Shown here: positions 12,501-24,624 of the stretch, piece by piece
Position numbering within the stretch: the first letter of the stretch is position 1
Layout of the letters: every line of letters begins with the position of its first letter
Source of the DNA: Geosiphon pyriformis uo1
Taxonomy: Eukaryota; Fungi; Glomeromycota
Direction: 5' to 3'
NCBI GenBank assembly: GCA_016748015.1
Contig: JAAOMT010000563.1
Coordinates: forward strand, 248,001 to 312,000
Length of the DNA stretch: 64,000 nt
Program-made: the position numbers and the translations under genes
The notes under the pieces: model-generated
Seen by the model: the letters and a program-made list of their open reading frames with translations, nothing else
Databases searched by the model: none
What the model was told of the DNA's origin: nothing

Positions 12501-15211
12501 TGCCATTCAAAGCAGCGTTCAACAGAGCGTTAAAAAGACTACAGTACTACTCACACGACGAGGATGAGTTGTACAATACCGCACAAGCCAAAGTAAGAAG
12601 AGGAACCACCAAAGAAATATGACGTTGGAAAGAGTCAGCCGAAGTAGCCGACAAAGTCACCAGCTACAATATGTTCGACCCAGTGGACGAATTCCAGGAC
12701 TACTACCAACAACTATGCCCCACTCAACAAGAGCAAGAACAATACCTCGCCCAAATCAACACTTACCTTTGCGAAAACTGTCTCATTCCGTGCCAAAATC
12801 AGTGCTGTGAAGAGTGTCAAGACGAAAGGGACTTAGAAAAAAAAATGGAAATTGAGAATCAGCAGTCTCAAAATCAATCAATAAATCAACAAGACTTACC
12901 TGATGGTCCCGAGTCAGAAAAATTTATAGTCTATACCAACCTAGAACAGGTGACCAACATCCAATACTTCGACAACGGGCACTTAGGAATAATACCCGAA
13001 AGAGCCCATCCAACTGACACCGGATTCGATCTATGTTATCCGGAAGACCAATCCACAACGTTACCACCCAGGAGCATCACCAAAATCGATCTAAAAATAG
13101 CGGTTGAAATTCCACCAGGAATAATGGTTCAAATGGCGTCACGATCAAGCCTCGCGAAAAAAAGAATAAACGTTTAAAGAGGAGTAATTGACTCTGGATA
13201 CACTGGAAATTTGATGGTTTTGCTACAGAACAATTCAGAAAAGCCTTATACCATTGAATCTAAGGAAAAGATTGCACAAGCAATTTTCCTACCATTGGTA
13301 AAAATTGGGAAATTCGTGCCAGTGGAAAATCATGAGGAATTGTCACAAACAACGAGAGGAACTTTTGGTTTTGGATCGACAGGAAAAGGAATTAAAGCGA
13401 ATTTTGCTGAAACAATAGAGGAAAAAGGCAAAGTAATTAAAAATGAGCAGTCCATCATGCTCTTACCATATGAAAAATCAGAAATAAGAATAAAAAGGAC
13501 AATTAAAGAAAAAGACCTAATATTTGAGCCCTACCCAAAAACTTGCTAACAGTTTCTTATAGGACTTACTAACCTTTTTATTCCAGCTGATAAAGCTCAA
13601 TGGATAAAAATTCCTATCGCAAACACTACAGAAAAACCCGTCTACATTTTGGAAGATACCATTATTGGATACCTTGGAACGGAGCTAGAAAACGTGTCAA
13701 CACCACAAGAAATTCTAAATTTTCCAGAAATTGCCCTCTACTGTGAACTCACTTCAATAAATTGGCAACAACTGTTAGAATGTTATCAATTTACGCCAGA
13801 AAAATTGGCCAAATTAAACATTGGAACAATGGATCCTGACCAACAGTGACAATTAAAAGCATTAATTTTAAAATACTCTGATATATTTTCAAGAAATGGC
13901 GAATTTGGAAAAACCAACTTGGTTCAACACCAAATCCCCACTGGAGACGCCAGACCTGAAAAACAATGCACTTACCATGTCCCACCAATGGAGCATAATT
14001 TTATCAGAGAAGAAGTCCAAAGCATGTTGGAAAAAGAAATAATACAACCATCAATGAACCCATAGTCCTTACCAGTTGTTTTAGTAAGAAAAAAGAATGG
14101 AAAAATTAGATTTTGCATCGACTATCGCAAACTAAACAGCAAAACAACCAAAGACTTATACCCAATACTGTTAATTGACAAAATTTTCGACGTTTTTGGA
14201 GGAGCAAAATGGTTTTCTACACTGGATTTGACCAGTGGGTACTGGCAAGTGGAAATGGACCCAAAAGACAGGCATAAAACAGCATTTACAACACAAAATG
14301 GCAATTATGAGTTCAATGTAATGCCATTTGAATTAACAAACACTCCTGCGACATTCCAAAGACTAATGGACGTAATTTACTCCGGAATCCTGTGGCAATC
14401 CGTTGTTGTCTACTTGGATGATACAAATGTTTTCTCGTCAAAATCTACAGATCATCTCCAACATTTACAACAAGTTTTTGAGAGATTGAGACACACTGGA
14501 CTTAAACTAAATCTAGAAAAATGTTTTTTTGGGAAAAATGAGCTAGCATTTTTAGGACATGTAGTTGGAAAAGATGGAATAAAACCAGATCCATCAAAAA
14601 TAGACAAAGTAAAAAATTTTCCAGTACCTCAAAACGTTTCAGAAGTTAGAAGCTTTTTAGGACTTGCATCTTACTACCGCCGCTTTGTAGAAAACTTTTC
14701 AAACATTGTCAAACCTCTTAATTACCTACTATCTAAAAATGTGAAGTTTGAATGGACTGAAGCATAACAAAAAGCTTTTGAGTACCTTAGACAAAAGCTC
14801 ATTGAATCACCAATAATAATCTATCCGAATTTCAACAAGAAATTCATTTTGGCCACAGATGCCTCTGGAACTGGACTTGGAGCCATTCTGTTACAAAAAG
14901 ATGATAATGGAAGAGAACGTGTAATCGCTTATGCCAGCAAAAGTTTCAGTACAGCAGAACAAAACTACGCAGCACATGAACTTGAATGCTTAGTCTGGAG
15001 TTGTGTTCACTTTGACACATATTTACGGTACCAACCCTTTGAAATTACAACAGATCATAGAGGTCTGGTCTGGTTAAATAACAAGAAAGCGCTAAAAGGA
15101 AAATACGTCAGATGGTCACAAACGTTAGCATCATACGATTATATTATCAAATACAAAGAAGGTACCAAAAATGCTAATGCCGACTGTTTGTCAAGAATGA
15201 GACACACATAA
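9518..15211 (+). pseudogene. Gypsy polyprotein: gag - CCHC knuckle - aspartic protease - Cys-rich domain - dUTPase - RT - RNase H (single frame, many premature stops)
   Basis: ORF fragments 9518, 10922, 11357, 11891, 12671, 13211, 13649, 14228 and 14849 all share one frame. Motifs: CHFCKCIGHLISQC, LILDSGS, dUTPase motifs, GYWQV/KTAF/YLDD, TDASG, TDHRGL, NANADCLSR. Confidence 0.93.
12990..13385 (+). pseudogene. dUTPase domain within the Gypsy polyprotein
   Basis: All five trimeric dUTPase motifs: (D)TGFDL, RSSLA, GVIDSGYTG, KIAQAI, RGTFGFGSTG. Confidence 0.95.
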
Positions 15212-15240
15212 AAATCATCAACCCACCCACCACAATAACA

Positions 15241-16155
15241 ATAAACAACCACCTTTACAAAAACCTCAGCCAATACTTGGAAACACTACAAATAGACAAA
15301 AAAATACCAGTAAAAGAGCTAATTAAGCTCCAAAAATTAGCAAAACACTATTTCATCCAAAATCACATACTTTATTACCAGAATCGACAAAATCCAAATA
15401 ATTCATTAAAAGTTATAACCACGGATGAAAAAGAAACTATCTTATTTAACATGCACTCAGATATTCATTCAGGCCACTTTGGAAAAACAGCAACCATCTA
15501 ACGTGCAACTAGCCATTACTATTGGCCAAAAATGAGTTCAGACATAATCCAATACATAAGAAATTATGACCTATGCCAACGAAGAGGAGGAGCAAAAACA
15601 ACGGAATTATTAAGACCAATAAAAGTTGGACAGCCATTTGACAGAATTGGAATTGATTTAGTTGGACCCTTACCAATAACAACAAGAAACAACCGTTATA
15701 TTGCAGTAGCCATGGACTATCTCACCAAATGGCCAGAAGCTAGAGCTATTAAAACAGCTGATGATATTTCTGTAGCTCAATTCGTACATGAAGACTTAAT
15801 TTGCCAATATTGATGTCCACAAGAATTGCTATCAGATCAAGGCACACACTTTGTAAACAGCACCTTAAAAGAACTTAGCCAAAAATTTGGAATTATGCGA
15901 CCACTGTCATCACCATACCACCCTCAAACAAATGGATTAGTTGAAAGATTTAATCGCACATTATGCGAATCACTGGTGAAAATTAGTAACAAACATGAAA
16001 AAGAATGGGATTTGTTCATACCAGCAGTACTACTAGCATATAGAACAGTAAAACAAGATACTACACAATTCACACCGTTTGAACTAGTTTATGGAAAAAA
16101 GCCACATTACCCATTGAACTTACTATCTCAACTTATTCAAGTGACACTATCATGG
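15241..16155 (+). pseudogene. Integrase of the outer element, 5' part (HHCC zinc finger + DDE core), split by the nested insertion
   Basis: MHSDIHSGHFG...DLC, IGIDLVGPLP, SDQGTHF, HPQTNGLVERFN. Different frame from RT/RH. Breaks at CATGG|LTR. Confidence 0.92.
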
Positions 16156-16903
16156 TATTATGGGATTGTTTTCTTGTTATATTTAATTACTGATATCCCA
16201 CTTTAATTGCAATCAGTCTTTCGTGAGTTCCTCAATTCTATTTGTGTAATAATATCACTGTTACACTGAAGACTTTCTTTTTACTGTTGCAATGTAAGTT
16301 ATTCTTTAATTCTTGATTGTTGTGTGTGTTTATGTACTCCTTCTCAGAGGCTGAACTGAAATCTACCCACTGTCTGGGGTCTTTTCTGAGGCTATCCTTG
16401 CAATTGCCTGATGTGTTTCTCTAATCTAGAAACACAGAATGTTAATGATCTTTAGCACTTTTCTAATTCTCACAATAAAGCTTTTATCAATTAGTAACAA
16501 CGTGAATAATCTTGATCAAGGATTATTCTTCCAAGGGATTCAGTTGATGAATGATAGTTTCATTCAATAAATAATACAAGTAAGTTTCTTAATACTTTGG
16601 GTTGTGATAGTTCTGTTTTAAATATTTTTTTTCATTTTTTTTTGATTTTTAAAGGTTTCTTGAGATATTTAATTTGAAAGTATGATTTAAAGTGGAGTTT
16701 GTTGGATAAAAATTGGATCTGTTGCTTGATAAGTTATGATTTTATTACTTGATTGATTATTTCCCAATATTAAAACTACTGTATATATATATGTTTGTAG
16801 TTCTACAAGAAAATACTTTCTTTTTGATATTTCAACCTGGTGTTTGCTGCTATCACCAGTTGGTGTTGGCTGCTATTGTAAACTGGTGCTTGCCACTATT
16901 GCG
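16156..16903 (-). repeat. 3' LTR of inner element (runs into N gap)
   Basis: Reverse complement of the LTR at 8580-9435. Confidence 0.92.
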
Positions 16904-17053
16904 NNNNNNNNNNNNNNNNNNNNNNNNNNNNNNNNNNNNNNNNNNNNNNNNNNNNNNNNNNNNNNNNNNNNNNNNNNNNNNNNNNNNNNNNNNNNNNNNN
17001 NNNNNNNNNNNNNNNNNNNNNNNNNNNNNNNNNNNNNNNNNNNNNNNNNNNNN

Positions 17054-17357
17054 TGAAAGGTTCTAATAGTTGGATAGTTGTTTTGTCAAACACTCTAGTT
17101 GAGTCTTTTGAGTATAATGTATTGCCCAATGCTATCTCTAATTTTTCAATAACTTTGCTAATAAATTTGTTGTTATATTTGGCAATATTATATGATTTGA
17201 AATTATGTTTTTTTCTTGTTTTTGGATTTTCTATTGTTCTTTTTATGTATGTTATTTTGGAGCTATTAACTGTGATTTCTAGATCGGATTTTAATTGTTG
17301 TAAGCTTTCAACTAATTGTTGAGTTATATTGTTGATGTTTTCTGGAATAAGTATCAT
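17054..17357 (-). CDS. ORF3 (env-position, unknown function), 5' part
   Basis: MILIPENINN...FDKTTIQLLEPF overlaps the 25505-25789 fragment, giving ~180 aa with no internal stops. Lies between integrase and the PPT. Confidence 0.6.
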
Positions 17358-17441
17358 TGTTTTAATTTTGACTGTTATTTTGGAATCTTTTGCATGCGTT
17401 TTTATGGTTGTTAAATCATTTTTGCTGTGATCTAAGATTAA

Positions 17442-18821
17442 TTATCTTTTCGAATAATGTTCAATTAAAACTATTGGTTCTAAATCTCGTGGAATTTGTT
17501 CTGGTAGAATTAAAGGTAATTGTGTTCCAATTCTGGGTGTTTTTGTTGTTATTACTGGTTTACTGTAATAGAATTTCAGCCGGTTACCATGTGCTGCTTT
17601 TCTTAATATTTTATCATCTAGTCTTAGCTTGTATGCTCTATTTTCAAGTATTTTGTGAATATAAAATAGTCCATCCCACTTGTGATCAAATTTTCCACTC
17701 CACTGTTTTTCCATTTTTGTACGATGCAACAATACTTTATCTCCAATTTTGTAGCTAATTATATTATCTGGTAACTGGTTATCATGTCTCACTTTTTGTT
17801 GTTCTTGTGATTGTTCAATATTTTGTGCTGCTTTTCTTCTTTTGTTTTCTAAAGTTCCCATTAATTCATATGTTCTTTTAAGTAGTGTTTCCTGGAATGT
17901 TGCTTCCGTGATAGTGTTATTTGGATAAGTTGGGATAGTAAGTTCAATGAGTAATGTGGCTTTTTTTCCATAAACTAGTTCAAACGGTGTGAATTGTGTA
18001 GTATCTTGTTTTACTGTTCTATATGCTAGTAGTACTGCTGGTATGAACAAATCTCATTCTTTTTCATGTTTGTTAATAATTTTTGCCAGTGATTCGCATA
18101 ATGTGCAATTAAATCTTTCAACTAATCCATTTGTTTGAGGGTGGTATGGTGATGACAGTGGTCGCATGATTCCAAATTTTTGGCTAAGTTCTTTTAAGGT
18201 GCTGTTTACGAAGTGTGTGCCTTGATCTGATAACAATTCTTGTGGACATCCATGTCAGCAAATTAAGTCTTCATGTACGAATTGAGCTACGGAAATAGCA
18301 TCAGCTGTTTTAATAGCTCTAGCTTCTGGCCATTTGGTGAGATAGTCCATGGCTACTGCAATATAACAGTTGTTTCTTGTTGTTATTGGTAAGGGTCCAA
18401 CTAAATCAATTCCAATTCTGTCAAATGGCTGTCCAACTTTTATTGGTCTTAATAATTCCGTTGTTTTTGCTCCTCCTTTTCGTTGGCATAGGTCACAATT
18501 TCTTATGTATTGAATTATGTCTGAACTCATTTTTGGCCAATAGTAATGGCTAGTTGCACATTAGATGGTTGCTGTTTTTCCAAAGTGGCCTGAATGAATA
18601 TCTGAGTGCATGTTAAATAAGATAGTTTCTTTTTCATCCGTGGTTATAACTCTTAATGGATTATCTGGATTTTGTCGATTCTGGTAATAAAGTATGTAAT
18701 TTTGGATGAAATAGTGTTTTGCTAATTTTTAGAGCTTAATTAGCTCTTTTACTGGTATTTCTTTGTCTATTTGTAGTGTTTCTAAGTATTGGCTGAGGTT
18801 TTTGTAAAGGTAGTTGTTTAT
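17442..18821 (-). pseudogene. Integrase of the inner element (with GPF/Y-type C-terminus, no chromodomain)
   Basis: ORF fragments 18255-18530, 18054-18236 and 17442-18050; KWDG(P/L)FYI motif. Confidence 0.92.
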
Positions 18822-18850
18822 TGTTATTGTGGCAGGTGGGTTGGTGATTT

Positions 18851-21800
18851 TTATGTGTGTCTCATTCTTGACAAACAGTCGGCATTAGCATTTTTGGTAC
18901 CTTCTTTGTATTTGATAATATAATCGTATGATGCTAACGTTTGTGACCATCTGACGTATTTTCCTTTTAGCGCTTTCTTGTTATTTAACCAGACCAGACC
19001 TCTATAATCTGTCATAATCTCAAAGGGTTGGAGATGTGTATAAGAGACAGTTAAGAGGTTTGGCGATGTTTGAAAAGTTTTCTACAAAGCGGCGGTAGTA
19101 AGATGCAAGTTCTAAAAAGCTTCTAACTTCTGAAACGTTTTGAGGTACTGGAAAATTTTTTACTTTGTCTATTTTTGATGGATCTGGTTTTATTCCATCT
19201 TTTCCAACTACATGTCTTAAAAATGCTAGCTCATTTTTCCCAAAGAAACATTTTTCTAAATTTAGTTTAAGTCCAGCGTGTCTCAATCTCTCAAAAACTT
19301 GTTGTAAATGTTGGAGATGATCTGTGAATTTTGACGAGAAAACATTTGTATCATCCAAGTAGACAACAATGGATTGCCACAGGATTCCGGAGTAAATTAC
19401 GTCCATTAATCTTTGGAATGTCGCGGGAGCATTTGTTAATTCAAATGGCATTACATTGAACTCATAATTGCCATTTTGTGTTGTGAATGCTGTTTTATGC
19501 CTGTCTTTTGGGTCCATTTCCACTTGCCAGTACCCACTGGTCAAGTCCAATGTAGAAAACCATTTTGCTCCTCCAAAAACATCAAAGATTTTGTCAATTA
19601 ACGATATTGGGTATGAGTCTTTGGTTGTTTTGCTATTTAGTTTGCGATAGTCGACGCAAAATCTAATTTTTCCATTCTTTTTCCTTACTAAAACAACTGG
19701 TGAGGACTATGGGCTCATTGATGGTTGTATTATTTCTTTTTCCAACATGCTTTGGACTTCTTCTCTGATAAAATTATGCTCCATTGGTGGGACATGGTAA
19801 GCGCATTGTTTTTCAGGTCTGGCGTCTCCAGTGGGGATTTGGTGTTGAACCAAGTTGGTTTTTCCAAATTTGCCATTTCTTGAAAATATATCAGAGTATT
19901 TTAAAATTAATGCTTTTAATTGTCGCTGTTGGTCAGGATCCATTGTTCCAATGTTTAATTTGGCCAATTTTTCTGGCGTAAATTGATAACATTCTAACGG
20001 TTGTTGCCAATTTATTGAAGTGANNNNNNNNNNNNNNNNNNNNCTGATAAAATTATGCTCCATTGGTGGGACATGGTAAGCGCATTGTTTTTCAGGTCTG
20101 GCGTCTCCAGTGGGGATTTGGTGTTGAACCAAGTTGGTTTTTCCAAATTTGCCATTTCTTGAAAATATATCAGAGTATTTTAAAATTAATGCTTTTAATT
20201 GTCGCTGTTGGTCAGGATCCATTGTTCCAATGTTTAATTTGGCCAATTTTTCTGGCGTAAATTGATAACATTCTAACGGTTGTTGCCAATTTATTGAAGT
20301 GAGTTCACAGTAGAGGGCAATTTCTGGAAAATTTAGAATTTCTTGTGGTGTTGACACGTTTTCTAGCTCCGTTCCGAGGTATCCAATGATGGTATCTTCC
20401 AGAATGTAAACAGGTTCTTCTGTAGTGTTTACAATAGGAATTTTTATCCATTGAGCTTTATCAGCTGGAATAAAAAGATTAGTAAGTCCTATGAGAAACT
20501 GTTAGCAAGTTTCTGGGTAGGGCTCAAATATTAGGTCTTTTTCTTTAATTGTTCTTTTTATTCTTATTTCTGATTTTCCATATGGTAGGAGTGTGATGGA
20601 CTGCTCATTTTTAATTAATTTGCCTTTTTCCTCTATTGTTTCAGCGAAATTCGCTTCAATTTCTTTTCCTGTCGATCCAAAACCAAAAGTTTCTCTCGTT
20701 GTTTGTGACAATTCCTCACGATTTTCTACTGGCACAAATTTCCCAATTTTTACCAATGGTAAGAAAATTGCTTGTGCAATCTTTTTCTTAGATTCAATGG
20801 TATAAAGCTTTTCTGAATTGTTCTGTAGTAAAACCATCAAATTTCCAGTGTATCCGGAGTCAATTACTCCTCCTTAAATGCTTATTCCTTTTTTCACGAG
20901 GCTTGATCGTGACACCATTTGAACCATTATTCCTGGCGGAATTTCAACTGCTATTTTTAGGTCGATTTTGGTGATGCTCCTGAATGGTAACGTTGTGGAT
21001 TGGTCTTCTGAATAACGTAGATCGAATCCGGTGTTGGTTGGATGGGCTCTTTTAGGTATTATTCTTAAGTGCCCGTTGTCGAAGTATTGGATGTCGGTTA
21101 CCTGTTCTAGGTCGGTATAGGCTACAAATTTTTCTGACTCGGGACCGTCAGGTGAGTCTTGTTGATTTATTGATTGATTTTGAGACTGCTGATTCTCAAT
21201 TTCCATTTTTTTTTCTAAGTTCCTTTCATCTTGACACTCTTTACAGCACTGATTTTGGCACGGGATGAGACAGTTTTCGCAGAGGTAAGTGTTGATTTGG
21301 ACGAGGTATTGTTCTTGCTCTTGTTGAGTGGGGCATAGTTGTTGGTAGTAGTTCTGGAATTCGTCCACTGGGTCAAACATGTTGTAGCTGGTGACTTTGT
21401 CAGCTACTTCGGCTGACTCTTTCCAACGTCATATTTCTTCGGCGGTTCCTCCTCTTACTTTGGCTTGTGCGGTGTTATACAACTCGTTCTCGTTGTGTGG
21501 GTAGTGCTGTAGTCTTTTTAACGCTCTGTTGAATGCTGCTTTGAACGGCGTTCCTCCTCTTACCCAGTCACAGATGAGGATTGTGTATTGGCAAGTTGCG
21601 TCACATGTTCCTCCTCTGTCTGGTAAGTCGTTCCAGTCGCACCCTCTTGGTAACAGTTCTCCACAAGCAAGGCACGGTTCCTCGTTCCATTTTCCGTGTC
21701 TTTCTGGGTAACCATATTTTTCTTTGTTACAACGGTTACAATAGTAGTGGGTAGGATTTCTTGGGTCTTCGTCTGGTGTGCTGCATGCAGTCATAGACGA

Positions 21801-24542
21801 GAGTTTTTTCTTGCAAACCGAGCATTCTAGCTTTGGTTTGTGTCACTGGTGGTTTCTTTGTGAACTTACCTGGTTCCATTTGGATCTTTCTTTGCTGGTC
21901 CACGTTGGTACAGCTGGTAGTCTTGTTCTTTGGTCATCAGCCCAAGAGAGCTGATAGGTTTCGATGGCTGGTAGTGCTGGATTTTCCTCAAATTCGAAGG
22001 TAGGTCTTTGGTTGGTGCTGGGTTTTTGGAAGTGGCCACAGGTGGCTGGAATTTTGGCCTGGTGGCCATTATAATTGATCAGAAGCTCTTGGGTGGTCCA
22101 GTTTAGGGTGATGTTGGCTTTTGTTAGCCAGTCATTCCCTACTAACGCTTGATATTGTGTAGCGTCCATTACTAATACTTTTGTAGGTATTACTATGCCG
22201 TTAATTTCAAAAGGGAATGAGTTGATTTTGCCATGAGGCAGCTTTGTACTTCCATCGACTGTTATGATTTGGGATGTCGCAGCACGATCAACTTCGAAAC
22301 CCAGTTGGTTTACTAGTTGAAGCATTACGATGCTTCCAGCGGATCCACTGTCTAAGATAAGTTTGATTGGGGTATTGTTTACAGTGGCTTCTGTATACAT
22401 AGCAGTGATTGGGCGTTTTTCGTCCAATGCTGCTCTACTGAACATAGTCTTGTTTTCCTCTAATTCAAAAGGAAAAATAGCTGCGAGGCTGCTATTTTTG
22501 GTGGCAACTGCTGGTGGTATTGTCTGGCTCAATTTGGAGGAATTCTTGGTTCTGTTTATGTTTCTACTGTCATTGTTTCCGATGATCAGGTTTTCTGGTA
22601 TATTAAGATAAGTTTGTTGATAATTTTGGTAGTTTGGATTGGTTTGCTGATTGGTTCCGGCGCAGTTTGGATTCTTCTGGACCAACGCGTTCTGGTTCCA
22701 CATGGGCTGATTTCAGGCCTTGGGACGCCAATTTGGGTTGGCTATCATGGACTGTTGCTGGTAAGCTCCTTGATTTTAATACATGGTGAGATATTGGCGT
22801 GGTATTGGCATGTACTGGTTTCTGGGCATTTGGGGTGGCGCATAGTAATTATTTTCACGTGCTTCCTGCATCATTCGCGTTCGACATTGACTAATCAAAT
22901 GTCCTACGCATTTGCAAAAATGGCAGGTGCGTGTTTCTGTTCTGAATTCTTGGCGTGACGAGCGATTATTTCGACTGTTGCTGACTTCCTGGCTGCGTCT
23001 TTGGGGTGGTTGGTATGTATTTTTTCTCAGATCCGGGATGAGGTAATTTTCTATTTTCTTAGAGAGTTCCTCCCCTAATCGCATTACTCTTTTCTCTAAT
23101 GTTTCTGTCTTATTTTTCTCCATTACCATGTTAACCATTTGACTATAGTTAGCTTCTTTCTCAGCCGATTCAAGGGCTCTGGCGAGCGTAACGGCTTCTG
23201 GTAAGGAATTAGGGTGGGCAGGGCATACTCTTCCTAAAATGCTGCTTTTTAATTCTCTAATAAACTGATTTAAAACCTGAGGATCAGTGTAGTATCCTTG
23301 TTCAATTGCTTCAATCTGATGGCAAATTCGATTGAATTGAGCAAGGTATTGGGTGACAGTTTTACCAGTATTTTGCTTAATAGTATTGAATTCGTTCTGT
23401 AGTTGGATTACGGCATTTGGGTCGCTAAAATACTCCAGGAGTGCATTTTTAAATTCGGCGAAGCTCATGGGTTTTGTTTCCAGACTTTAATACCATGAGT
23501 TGGCTGTGCCTTTCAGAAAGAAAGGTAATGTTTGAATTGCTCTTTGGTCGTTCCAGTTATTTGCCTGGATGGCTTTTTGTGCTTTTTTGAGCCATGTGTG
23601 CACGTCCGTTTCTTCTTCCTCTTCTGAGAAATCTGTTAGTCTTGCAATGTATGGTGTGGTCATTTTGTTGCCGTTTTCTGCTGGTGGGTTTATTGGTCTA
23701 AGAGGAGGTGGGATGATATTTCCTTGAGCGTTCCTAAAGGTGGCTTCCCTTATATCTGGTTCTTCCTCTTGATCACGAGTTTTTTGGTTTCTGGACTGGC
23801 TGTTTGTTCCAGTAACTGGTCTTGGTATTGTTTTTTCGCTGGTTTCTTTTTCGGATTCCGATTCAGACTTCTCTTCACGGTTTTCAAACCCCGTTCTAAA
23901 TTTTGGCTGAAAAAGAGGGTTTTGGAATAGTGATGAATATCCTTCTGTAATTGGTATGTCTCCCCAGTTACATTGTTTAATTTTATAAATATAACTAGGA
24001 GTTCTTGGCATTTGTGGAGTTGATGTTGATGATGATACAGCTCCTAATAGAATTTGTATCTTATTTTCTGGTGAAAAATGGTATGATTTATCTTCTGGTG
24101 AATAAATATGTTGTTTCTTTATTGATTGAATGACAGTTTTCTTTGGCATTTGAGCTGATGTTCCTAGTTTTTGCTGGTTACTTTCTTGATTAATTTCTAA
24201 ATTTTCTTTGGTTTTGTTGGCGCGTTCCCTAGTGTTTCCTGTGGATATTGGAAAATTTTCATTGGCGTATTGCTCAATTTCTTGATGGATTTTGACAATA
24301 GTTGCGGCTATTACTGCTACTTCTTTTATAGTGTATTGTGATAATTCTCTATACAATCTAAGTTTTGCGTCGCGTGGTTCTTCTTCCTTTCCTATATGAT
24401 AATTTATTCTGGCGTTGATATAATAAGTGAGGGCAGATTCTGCTGGACAACACCCTTCTGGTAATCCAAGATCACTTTGATTTTGTGTGTAAATAGCACG
24501 GCAGAATTCAAGAACAGTAAGATTAGGGGTTTTTGTCACCAC
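18851..24542 (-). pseudogene. Inner element polyprotein gag-PR-Cys-rich-dUTPase-RT-RH (premature stops; part of RT/RH replaced by adapter artefact)
   Basis: Same motifs as 9518-15211. Confidence 0.92.
19032..19050 (+). other. Tn5 mosaic end / Nextera adapter (assembly artefact)
   Basis: Exact AGATGTGTATAAGAGACAG, translating as ...CLLYTS. Sits where ~310 bp present in the other copy (~14723-15030) is missing. Confidence 0.97.
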
Positions 24543-24624
24543 TTTTGTCTTTTCTTTTTTAGCAATGAATTATTGCTAATTATTATTTCCTTTTTGATTT
24601 TCTTTCCTCGTAGGGTTCACCAAA

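Noticed and set aside
19020-19060. Possible Tn5-like bacterial transposon footprint or novel RT C-terminus (CLLYTSPTL)
   Set aside because: Synthetic mosaic-end sequence, i.e. library adapter.
19764-20302. ~260-bp direct duplication around the N gap at 20023-20043
   Set aside because: Exact duplicate flanking a scaffold gap and absent from the sibling copy: unmerged contig overlap.
9518-24542. Stop-codon reassignment or RNA editing to explain the shared in-frame stops
   Set aside because: Stops replace Gln, Arg and Trp codons with all three stop types, and host genes use TAA, TAG and TGA as normal terminators; transition mutation is sufficient.
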